Source: a virus (taxonomy: Duplodnaviria; Caudoviricetes). Taken from it: a stretch of DNA of 59,893 nt. Positions within the stretch are counted from its first letter, which is position 1; every line of letters begins with the position of its first letter. The stretch is from positions 1 to 59,893 of the IMG/VR virus record IMGVR_UViG_3300028595_000001, one strand, 5' to 3'. Both the position numbers and the translations under genes were made by a program. The notes under the pieces were generated by a model. The model was not told the DNA's origin. It did no database searches and saw only the letters and a list, made by a program, of their open reading frames with translations. This document shows, in pieces, positions 11,196 through 19,491 of the stretch.

Positions 11196-14100
11196 CTAAT
11201 TGGTCAAAAACATTTGATTATTTAGACAGGAAGGAAATTTTTCCGCTTCCTGAACAACCGTTAGTAAACCAGCCGAAGCCAGTTGAACCAGACGACAAGT
11301 CTGAGTTTGGCAAAGGTTGGAAAGCCGGATTGTATCAAACCGCTGCCGTTGCTCCTGCTGTTGTTTCAATGGCGGGAAAAGCTGTTGGTGCTGATTCCGT
11401 TGCTGAGTGGGGCGCAGAAAAAGCTGGCGGTTTGATGGAAAAAGCGTCTGAGTATGAGGGTGAAACTTCTTTTGAAGAACTAATTGACAGCCCAACATTA
11501 GAGGGTGCAACCAATTGGTTTTTGCACACGGCAGGAACGGTTGCTCCATCTATGATTATTGGCATGACGGGCGCTGGCATTGGCGCAAAAGCGTTGGGTG
11601 GTTTGGCCTTAAAGAAAATGTCAAAATCTTTAATTGCCAACAAAGCCAAGGGACTTGTGGCTGAGGGGGTTGCGAAAGACGTTGCTGTCAAGCTGGCAGC
11701 AAAACAGCTTGCTTCAAAAGCCGTTAAATACGGCGCTGCGGCTGGAATTGTTGCAACAACGGCACCACAAGAAGCCGCCCACAATTTTATGGCTGACGTT
11801 GAGCAGCACGGTATTGAGAACGCTTCTCCAGGCAAGGCAGCATTAACAGGAACAGCCGCTGGCCTTGTGGAGCTTGGTTTTGGTGGTGGTCATTTACGCC
11901 TTATTAATAAGGTGTTGGGGGTTAAGGCCGGAAAGGTTGCTACCAAAGAACTGAGTAAGCTTGCCAAAATAGGCAAAGTTGGTGATGAATACCGTCTTGT
12001 TCGGATGCTAAAAGAAGCCGTTATTCAGGGTGGCGGCGAAGGATTACAGGAACTAACCCAAGAAGAACTATCTATCCTGAACGAAATCTGGACCGGCGAA
12101 GACCAATCCTTTTTTGAAAAAAAGAACCTGCTGCGCGCTGGCGAATCGTTTGCTGCTGGTGCTGTCATGGGTGTTCCTACTGGTGGTGTGACGGGTGTGT
12201 TCAGCAAAGCTTCGGTTGATAATAGCGGTGATACCACAGGAGAGGGCGATACAGGCACAAAAGTTAAGGGGCGCACCATTGACCTTGGAGACATCCCCGG
12301 CCCTGACGAATACGCCCGTATGGAAGCGTCCATGGGTGAAGACAGGGGGACAAGGACACTTGATGTTTATAAACAATCTCGCGGGAAAACCGTACCGAAC
12401 AGAAACCCAATTCAAGCAGAAATAGAACGACGCAAAGAAGAACAATATTGGAAGGACGAAGAAACAAAAATTAAATCCCAGCGCAGAGATGCTGGAATGG
12501 ATAGAAAAGACCCCAAACAGCAAGCATTGGAGGAAGCATGGCAAAAGGACAATGTAACGGAACCGGTCAAGGCAACGGAAATGGCTGCAAGAACCCAAGC
12601 CCCTGCTGCGGAAGCAACCGCAAAGGTAACGGAAATTGCGGAAAGCCCCAAGGAAAGGGCCGCAATAAGTGACAAAACGCCCCGTAAAGCAAAAGAAGGT
12701 CAAGGCGTTAAGAAACCACTGGTACAAAAAGTCGCACCGGAAAAGGCAGCGGAGGTAAAAGTTGGAGGTGTCGCCGTTACGTATAACCCCACAATTTCAA
12801 GGGTTGACAAAAACCGAGGGAATGGCGCGGCGGGTGTTGTTTTAATGGAAGAATCAGGACTCTCTACAGAACTTCCTGTGAGCAAGGGTGACGATATATT
12901 ATATAGGGGCATGTCTAAGGCTGAATATGAAAACGTAATTGAAACAGGGAAAATAGCGTCACACGGAAAAGGTGACTTTGTTCACGTGGGACACGAAGGT
13001 CAGACATCTTTCGTGGATGACCCCGTTGTCGCTGGCATGTTCGCTCATGGAGGTAGCCCCCGTGCTGGTGGAAAACCGTCTGTCAATGAACCAGCATATA
13101 TAATCGGCGTGAAGACAAATGCGCCTAAAACTAAAAGGCCATACCAGTATGGAGTCAAGGAAGCCACGGAATACGGTGTTGCTGGAGAAATTAGTGCTTC
13201 GGAGATTGTGAGCGTTACTGAATCAAACATGTATGCGATTGCTGATAACATTACTATCGACATGCCGATGGCAGAGCGCATCGGCATCGGGTACAGGGCA
13301 TTAAAACACAAGATCGCATCGAAAGAAGGTCAAGGCGTTAAGAAACCGTTGGTACAAAGTGTCTCATATAAAGCGTCAAAGAAAGTAGATTCAGCCGCTG
13401 ATGTCTTTAACACGGGTTCCTCGTCTTTTGGAGGCGGAATAAATAGCGTTACTTCTAGTGTCAAGAAGCTTGGCAATATTAGAAATAGACTCGCCTCTCT
13501 TAATCATAGTTTTAGCGACCTTGATGTCAAAACTAAGAGGAATGTGCAGTCTATTATGGTCGATGCGCTTCATCAGCCTGAGGTTAGAAATGCGGTTATC
13601 AAGTCTATCCCCGTTAATGTGGTGGACGACTTCATCTCTTTTGCCGGAATTTTAAATGGACCTGCCGATATGTTCTTCCATAACGGCGATGTGCTCCTTG
13701 ACCCTAACATTATTAATACAAAAAACTCTATACCCACTGGAGTTTATAGTGCCAGTTCTTTGCTGGATGGCATAGCACGCCTGACTACATCACAAAAAGA
13801 GACGGAAGTAAAGACCAAAACACAAAAAGCCACACCCGAAAAGGCAGCGAAGATAGGTGTTGACAAAGCGTGGGTTAAATTAGCAGAAAAACACGGAATA
13901 AAAAAACCATCTGATGCAGAAATAAAAAGACGCAACGACGAACTGATTGAAAAAAAGCGTGAGTTTGAGAGGAAACGGACAAAAGCTGCACCGAAGGCGA
14001 CAAAGACCAAACTCGCTACCGACCGCCGTCAACACCCATTAGACCCCGGCGGCGCACAGTACACCGATAAGAAACGCCGCAACCCACTGTTTCCAAGAAG

Positions 14101-17100
14101 CAAGAAGCCTGACCGCCGTCAAAACATTACTATGGCTAAACAGGTAGCGGCAGAGTTCAAGCGCATGGGTTTCGGTTCACGGGTGAACGGTGACAGCGTG
14201 CGTGTGTCAACCCCCACCGGAAACATTGCCATAAACATCGCTGACAGCGTGGTGGGAGACGATAGCGCAACGATAAGGATGGCATACGGTAAGGAAGCCA
14301 AGCCGGGGGAGAAAGTCGTAGGATCGTACTTTGACGGTGAAATTAAGCTGAAGCGCAACAAGGCTGACAGGTTTATTCTTAGCCACGAACTTTTTCACCA
14401 CATGAAAGCTGCTGGCCTGTTCACGGCGGCTGAAGAAAAAATCCTGTCACGCAAGGGGAGTGAGGAAGCACAGGCAAGATGGGTTGAGCGTCAGTTGAGA
14501 AACCGTGGCAAACAGAGCAGTGTGGTAAGAAAACTAATTAAGAAAATAGCCGACTTTTTGGACGCCTTGGCTAACGTGTTTGTGCGAACTGAGCGAGGGG
14601 TTTTGCGGGATGTGGAGTCGGGCAGAATCTTAAAAAGGAGCGACCCCAAGAATATCAGCGGCCCTCTTACGAAGAACGACATCAGGAAGCCTTCTGCCAA
14701 AGGGGTTGTGCCACCCCCTGCGAATAAAAGCCTCTCTAATGGAATTGGGGTGGCGGTTAAAAATCTTTCCAAGTCTTTTGTACCCGATACCGGCGTCCTT
14801 AAGCCTTTTAGCAGTCTTGATGTCGTAGGCCAAAGGGATGTGCTTGCGATGATGCGCACTATCCTTAAGGACAGAAAGGTTCTCGATTCTGTTGTCCGCC
14901 TTGTCCCCATTGATGTGGTGAACATGCTCAGTGGGAAGAAGATTTCTCCCAAGGTTTTGCTCGACAACCCATCTATGCTCGTAGACTTGCTTCCCACCGA
15001 CCCTAACGACCTTATACCCAGCGGCGTTCGTGCCGTTGATATACTTGCCCCTGTTAGCGCAATCAACGCTGCAAAAGTAGTTTTTGGAACTTCTGTGGTA
15101 CATGTATCGTCTAAAGAAATTCTTTCCGCAATTGGAACAGACAAGATCGGGCATGACAGCCTCCTTTCAATTGTCGATAAAATACCACACCCAAATGAAT
15201 ATGTCAACCAACTTTTTAACGAGGATGCCGCTGAGATTAACGAGCATATTCAGTACGCCACGGCGGTAGAGGGGGAACAATACACATTACCCTTGACCAA
15301 CATGGATAAAGCCAAGTCTGTTTTTAATCGCAAGTTCAACGATGCAATGTACTGGATTGTTGATAAAAATTATTCCATCGACGTAACACAGAAAAAACTT
15401 GGCGAACTGACAGATAAAATCAACGTGTTCTTGAAGGAAACGCAACGACCGAAGATTACCGCTGCGAAAGTAGAAAAGTTCTGGGAAGACGAGGTTCAGC
15501 CGCTTATTAAAAAGATGGCAAGGTACGGCGTAAACGTGGAAGACCTTGAACTGTATTCCCACGCCAAGCACGTTATTGGTGACAACCTCAACCAACTTCT
15601 TAGGGAGCGCAACGCTAAAATTCAGGTTGAAGAAATCATTGGCGTTCTCGATAAAAAAGAATCTAAAGCCGTTGAAGCATCCGTTAAGGGCGTGAAGGCA
15701 CCCGCCGATTGGTTGAAGCATCTTGAAGAAATATTTGACGCACACAAAAACAACGAAGACGTTCAGATGCTTAAAGCGAAATGGGATAAGTTCGCTGAAA
15801 AGCCATCTGGAATGACAGACAAAGATGCTAAAGCTGTTCTAAAACAATATGAGGGCGACGAAAAAATAGAAGAACTCCGCAAGATGATGCTGAACATCAA
15901 CAAGGGAAGACTTGACCTTCTTTTCGATGCGGGGCAAATCCCCAAAGAAGAATATGACAGAATTGTAAAAAAATACAAGTATTACGTTCCCCTGTATCGT
16001 GAAGGCTACGACGACTCTATGTTCGGAACGACAAGGGGGCTGAAACCTTCTGGGCGACAGGTAAAAGTTCGTGGCGGTTCTACAAGGAACGTGGTCAATA
16101 TCTTTGCGAACACGGTTGCCAATTATGAGAAGGCAATCAACATATCTGAAAAGGCTGTGTCTCAAAGGGCGTTGTACGGGCTTGCCAAGGCCAACATTGG
16201 TTCTGAAACGCTCACCATAAGACCCGTTAAAAAGTCTCCCCGCACGGACAAGAATGGAAATATTAGAATGTATCCAAACTTGTTTGAAGTCGAGCCAAAC
16301 GAGATGCGGATTATGGTAGACGGCAAGCAGTATCTTATAGAGGTAAACAAAGACGACAAAGACGCAATGTTGATGATGCGGACGCTCAAGGCAGATGACG
16401 GCATGAACGGTCCAATTGTCAACTTTCTTGCCAGAATAAACAGGTTCCTTGCGAGAATAAATACTACATGGTCGCCTGAGTTTATTATATCCAACTTCTT
16501 GCGAGACTTTGGAACGGCGAACATCAATATAAGGGACACCGGGGTAAAAGGGGAAAATATGTTCTCCGGTGCCAGAAAAGCCATTGTTGCGATACTTGCG
16601 GTAGAACGTGGTAAACGAAAAGGCACAGACCTTGAAAAGATGTATGATCGTTTTAAAGCGGCTGGTGGGAAGATCGGTTGGGCAGATGTTCACGGTTCGG
16701 TTGAAAATCTATCCAAAAAAATAACCAGAGAAATTGAGATGCAGTCGGGTAAGCGTCCGACAAGGGCTGCGATTAAAGGGTGGCTGGAATTAATCGACAA
16801 CGCGAATACGGCAATTGAAAACGGTATTAGGCTTCACACGTTCAAGCTTGCTACAGAACAGGGGAAGACTGACGAACGTGCAGCGCAGATAGCGTCAGAC
16901 CTAACGGTAGACTTTACCAAGAAGGGTGCGGCTGGACCCGTTATAAACTCTTTATATTTGTTCGCCAATGCTGGTATACAGGGTTCCTATCGTATCTTAA
17001 GAGCAAGCATCAAGTCTCGTTCGGTTCAGAAAGTGCTGGCGGGTATTGTCGGAACAAGTTTTGTCGTTGGAATTTTAAACTCAATGGCGGGTGAAGACGA

Positions 17101-18019
17101 AGACGGGGAAGACTATTTCAACAAAATTGACGACTTCGTGCGCGAACGGAATATGATTTTTATGATCCCAGGCACGAAAGGAAAATACGCCAAAATACCA
17201 GCACCTTGGGGATACAATTTGTTTTGGAATATTGGATCTGAACTTTCTCGCGCAGTTACAAAAGAAAATTTCAGTGCCATGTCAAGTGCCGGAAGGCTGA
17301 TATCTATTGCGGCTGGTGCGTTTAACCCCGTTCAGTCGGGGACGTTATTGCAAACACTCTCACCGACCGTGGCAGATCCGTTCGTCATGGTTTCCGAAAA
17401 CAAGAATTGGTTTGGTGGCGATTTAATGCCAGCAGTTAATAAGTTTGAGAGGGTTCCTACACCGGATTCGCAAAGATATTGGAAGTCGGCAAGTTCTGGT
17501 TCAAAATGGGTTGCTGGAGCATTAAACAAACTAACCCGTGGCGACAAAATCAAGTCTGGCGCAATAGACGTATCACCAGAAACGCTTGATCTTATCTTGG
17601 ACACCGCTGGTGGGTCAGCACTTCGGTTTTTCAAAGATTCAATCGGTGTTCCTCTCGCCAAAATTCGTGGTGAAGAAATAGAAGCGCATAAAATACCATT
17701 TTACAGAAGGGTTGCTGGGGATCAACCAGCGTGGGCGAACTCAAGAATATATTATGAAAACATTGAGAATGTTTTAATCGCGAAGGAAAGGCTGAAAGCC
17801 TACAAGGGAACTGTCCAATACAAGAATGTGTTGATTGCCACGAAAGACCTGAGAAAGATGATGCCCCTTGCTGAACAAAGCGAAAAGAGACTCAGGAAGT
17901 TAAGAAAATCATTGAAGGCGGCTGAAGTATCTGGCGATAAAGACCGCGTTGAAACAATCAAAAAAAGAATGAACGCTGTATATAACCGATTTAACAAGTT
18001 TTACAACAAGGAGAAATGA
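11192..18019 (+). CDS. Giant injected polyvalent protein (gp16-like position): ART-like domain, HExxH metallopeptidase-like domain, LPD38-like C-terminus
   Basis: 2275 aa open frame; EGLQELTQE ejection-protein motif; LYRG..TSF..E ART pattern; SHELFHH; LTVDFTKKG...LYLFANAGIQG, KIPAPWGY, NKNWFG. Confidence 0.85.
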   Translation: MTNWSKTFDYLDRKEIFPLPEQPLVNQPKPVEPDDKSEFGKGWKAGLYQTAAVAPAVVSMAGKAVGADSVAEWGAEKAGGLMEKASEYEGETSFEELIDSPTLEGATNWFLHTAGTVAPSMIIGMTGAGIGAKALGGLALKKMSKSLIANKAKGLVAEGVAKDVAVKLAAKQLASKAVKYGAAAGIVATTAPQEAAHNFMADVEQHGIENASPGKAALTGTAAGLVELGFGGGHLRLINKVLGVKAGKVATKELSKLAKIGKVGDEYRLVRMLKEAVIQGGGEGLQELTQEELSILNEIWTGEDQSFFEKKNLLRAGESFAAGAVMGVPTGGVTGVFSKASVDNSGDTTGEGDTGTKVKGRTIDLGDIPGPDEYARMEASMGEDRGTRTLDVYKQSRGKTVPNRNPIQAEIERRKEEQYWKDEETKIKSQRRDAGMDRKDPKQQALEEAWQKDNVTEPVKATEMAARTQAPAAEATAKVTEIAESPKERAAISDKTPRKAKEGQGVKKPLVQKVAPEKAAEVKVGGVAVTYNPTISRVDKNRGNGAAGVVLMEESGLSTELPVSKGDDILYRGMSKAEYENVIETGKIASHGKGDFVHVGHEGQTSFVDDPVVAGMFAHGGSPRAGGKPSVNEPAYIIGVKTNAPKTKRPYQYGVKEATEYGVAGEISASEIVSVTESNMYAIADNITIDMPMAERIGIGYRALKHKIASKEGQGVKKPLVQSVSYKASKKVDSAADVFNTGSSSFGGGINSVTSSVKKLGNIRNRLASLNHSFSDLDVKTKRNVQSIMVDALHQPEVRNAVIKSIPVNVVDDFISFAGILNGPADMFFHNGDVLLDPNIINTKNSIPTGVYSASSLLDGIARLTTSQKETEVKTKTQKATPEKAAKIGVDKAWVKLAEKHGIKKPSDAEIKRRNDELIEKKREFERKRTKAAPKATKTKLATDRRQHPLDPGGAQYTDKKRRNPLFPRSKKPDRRQNITMAKQVAAEFKRMGFGSRVNGDSVRVSTPTGNIAINIADSVVGDDSATIRMAYGKEAKPGEKVVGSYFDGEIKLKRNKADRFILSHELFHHMKAAGLFTAAEEKILSRKGSEEAQARWVERQLRNRGKQSSVVRKLIKKIADFLDALANVFVRTERGVLRDVESGRILKRSDPKNISGPLTKNDIRKPSAKGVVPPPANKSLSNGIGVAVKNLSKSFVPDTGVLKPFSSLDVVGQRDVLAMMRTILKDRKVLDSVVRLVPIDVVNMLSGKKISPKVLLDNPSMLVDLLPTDPNDLIPSGVRAVDILAPVSAINAAKVVFGTSVVHVSSKEILSAIGTDKIGHDSLLSIVDKIPHPNEYVNQLFNEDAAEINEHIQYATAVEGEQYTLPLTNMDKAKSVFNRKFNDAMYWIVDKNYSIDVTQKKLGELTDKINVFLKETQRPKITAAKVEKFWEDEVQPLIKKMARYGVNVEDLELYSHAKHVIGDNLNQLLRERNAKIQVEEIIGVLDKKESKAVEASVKGVKAPADWLKHLEEIFDAHKNNEDVQMLKAKWDKFAEKPSGMTDKDAKAVLKQYEGDEKIEELRKMMLNINKGRLDLLFDAGQIPKEEYDRIVKKYKYYVPLYREGYDDSMFGTTRGLKPSGRQVKVRGGSTRNVVNIFANTVANYEKAINISEKAVSQRALYGLAKANIGSETLTIRPVKKSPRTDKNGNIRMYPNLFEVEPNEMRIMVDGKQYLIEVNKDDKDAMLMMRTLKADDGMNGPIVNFLARINRFLARINTTWSPEFIISNFLRDFGTANINIRDTGVKGENMFSGARKAIVAILAVERGKRKGTDLEKMYDRFKAAGGKIGWADVHGSVENLSKKITREIEMQSGKRPTRAAIKGWLELIDNANTAIENGIRLHTFKLATEQGKTDERAAQIASDLTVDFTKKGAAGPVINSLYLFANAGIQGSYRILRASIKSRSVQKVLAGIVGTSFVVGILNSMAGEDEDGEDYFNKIDDFVRERNMIFMIPGTKGKYAKIPAPWGYNLFWNIGSELSRAVTKENFSAMSSAGRLISIAAGAFNPVQSGTLLQTLSPTVADPFVMVSENKNWFGGDLMPAVNKFERVPTPDSQRYWKSASSGSKWVAGALNKLTRGDKIKSGAIDVSPETLDLILDTAGGSALRFFKDSIGVPLAKIRGEEIEAHKIPFYRRVAGDQPAWANSRIYYENIENVLIAKERLKAYKGTVQYKNVLIATKDLRKMMPLAEQSEKRLRKLRKSLKAAEVSGDKDRVETIKKRMNAVYNRFNKFYNKEK
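13391..13789 (-). pseudogene. Decayed antisense HNH endonuclease nested in giant ORF
   Basis: Minus-strand translation CSQAC...GYRVF...KEHIAVMEEHIGRSI*NSGKRDEVVHHINGDRLDNRISNL...HIPLSFDIKVAK; internal TAA at 13652-13654; no start codon for the full-length frame (TGA at 13790-13792). Confidence 0.85.
14630..15154 (-). CDS. HNH homing endonuclease nested antisense in giant ORF
   Basis: CSNC/FCSVDC zinc motif, YEHRWVVEQNLGRNL, HVHHINGDKADNRIENL, C-terminal HTH-like segment; own RBS and promoter. Confidence 0.92.
   Translation of the reverse strand: MPDLVCSNCGKNFFRRYMYHRSSKNYFCSVDCANRGKYINGTNAAGYKVVRVGGKQVYEHRWVVEQNLGRNLLPTEHVHHINGDKADNRIENLSVLKDSAHHRKHIPLAYDIKTAKRLKDAGIGYKRLGKIFNRHPNSIREAFIRRGWHNPFGRRLPDVVLRKRAADILGVAPF
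15160..15207 (-). promoter_or_regulatory. Sigma70 promoter plus Shine-Dalgarno for the nested HNH gene
   Basis: Minus strand reads TTGACA-17nt-(TGG)TATTTT ... AAAGGAGG-5nt-ATG. Confidence 0.85.
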
Positions 18020-18020
18020 T

Positions 18021-18422
18021 ATGGCTGGCAGTGCAACAATTGTATCAAACAAACTTAACGGCATGTGGAGAACGATTGTATGGAGATGGACTTCCGATGC
18101 TTCTGGCGATGTCAGTGGCGTAGGTTCTTTGGCCATTCCCGGTGGGTCGGTGAACACGATTCTTTCCGTACCTGATTCTGGTGTTACCCCTGACTTTGAT
18201 CTTGTTATTACTGGAAAAATTTTTCTTGATAACGGCGCAACTGTTTCCGTTGCCGATTTGTTAAATGGTGTCGGTACGGACCTATCCAATTCAACGAATG
18301 GTGAAGCGATAAACGTAAACGTGACCTACCCGCTTCCGTACAATGTTGAAATCGCTCCGGTTATTTCTGGCGCAGGTAGCGCAACATCTGGGTACCTGTT
18401 TTTGTTCATATGGCAAGAATAA
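18021..18422 (+). CDS. Hypothetical virion-associated beta protein
   Basis: AAGGAG RBS; in late operon; WTSDASG motif. Confidence 0.6.
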   Translation: MAGSATIVSNKLNGMWRTIVWRWTSDASGDVSGVGSLAIPGGSVNTILSVPDSGVTPDFDLVITGKIFLDNGATVSVADLLNGVGTDLSNSTNGEAINVNVTYPLPYNVEIAPVISGAGSATSGYLFLFIWQE

Positions 18423-18835
18423 TGAAACATACCGAATTAAACGCATTGCTCAAAAAGCATGACTTGGGTGACAGCTTTCTTGAAAAAAACCTTTTGTTTG
18501 ACATGGATTTTTCAAGAATTAAGTCTAAAAAATTGCAACACCCGGTAATGTACGCCGACAATAAAACCGCCTGGTACTGGACGGACCCTAAAAAATACTA
18601 CCTTCTTGCCGACTGTAACAGGTTCCATTTTATGTGGCTGGGACATTTTCAGGAATGGTGTACGCAGCACGGTATTTCCAGCCCGGCAATCGGAAGGGCG
18701 TATGGGTTTTGGGAGGGAAAAAACCACAATTGGGCGTGGGTTGTCGTTGACGACGAGCTTGTTTTCTTCAATTGGGGCCAGGAAGTGAAACCATCTGAAG
18801 TAAACTACGATGGAAAAGGAAGCGTAGCGGTATGA
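18422..18835 (+). CDS. Possible papain/transglutaminase-like peptidase
   Basis: DCNRF ... NHNWAWVV resembles the DCDDF...HAWN catalytic pattern. Confidence 0.45.
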   Translation: MKHTELNALLKKHDLGDSFLEKNLLFDMDFSRIKSKKLQHPVMYADNKTAWYWTDPKKYYLLADCNRFHFMWLGHFQEWCTQHGISSPAIGRAYGFWEGKNHNWAWVVVDDELVFFNWGQEVKPSEVNYDGKGSVAV

Positions 18836-19491
18836 AAAAAACAATAGCAATATTATGGGTGCTATTCATCACTGTTGCGGTTGGGTATCAGTATTATGAC
18901 GGATACGACACGACCGGCACCAAGTCTGCCTTGAATCTAAACAAGAGCACAGGAGACACAATAACCTCAAGCGATTTTGGTGCAATTGACTTGGCTGTTA
19001 CCGACAACGATACCCGCATTGACACCATTGAGGGGCAAACAGGGATTGTGTTTTCTGACAATGACGGCACATACACCGACATGAGCGCGATTAGTTCAAC
19101 CGAGCTTGGTTATTTAGATGGTGTAGCGGGGGCCATTTGGCACGTAAGCAATGACGGGTCTGGTTCAGGGCTGGACGCAGACACCGTAGATGGATATAAC
19201 GCGGTGAGAATTATCGCCAGCGGAACAGCGGCAATGGGGACCAGCGAGATTGCCTCCGGTGCCTGCGCGACAGTTGTAACCGAAACCGCGTCAGGGGTGG
19301 CGACAACCGATGTTGTTAATTGGGGGTTCAACGCTGATGTAACCAGCACCACGGGTTATAACCCTTCTACGGGCGTGTTGGTTATTTACGCATACCCAAC
19401 AGCAAACAATGTTAATTTTAAAGTTTGCAATCTCACAGACGGTGCGATTACACCCGCAGCAGTTACATTGAACTGGGACGTCATGCGATGA
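18832..19491 (+). CDS. Fibre-like protein with N-terminal signal peptide
   Basis: MKKTIAILWVLFITVAVG; NDGSGSGLDADTVDG fibre junction motif. Confidence 0.7.
   Translation: MKKTIAILWVLFITVAVGYQYYDGYDTTGTKSALNLNKSTGDTITSSDFGAIDLAVTDNDTRIDTIEGQTGIVFSDNDGTYTDMSAISSTELGYLDGVAGAIWHVSNDGSGSGLDADTVDGYNAVRIIASGTAAMGTSEIASGACATVVTETASGVATTDVVNWGFNADVTSTTGYNPSTGVLVIYAYPTANNVNFKVCNLTDGAITPAAVTLNWDVMR

Noticed and set aside
13652-13654. Stop-codon reassignment rescuing the decayed HNH
   Set aside because: TAA, TAG and TGA all terminate conserved genes elsewhere, and no suppressor tRNA is present.
14491-15207. 238-aa minus-strand ORF overlapping the HNH
   Set aside because: Different frame, no motif or RBS; the 14630-15154 frame carries the signals.
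14625-15210. Group I intron or intein housing the HNH
   Set aside because: The HNH is on the opposite strand, the host frame is open throughout, and I see no intron core or intein terminal motifs; an Rfam search would confirm.
15839-16693. 284-aa minus-strand ORF within giant gene
   Set aside because: No recognisable motif or expression signals; typical shadow ORF.
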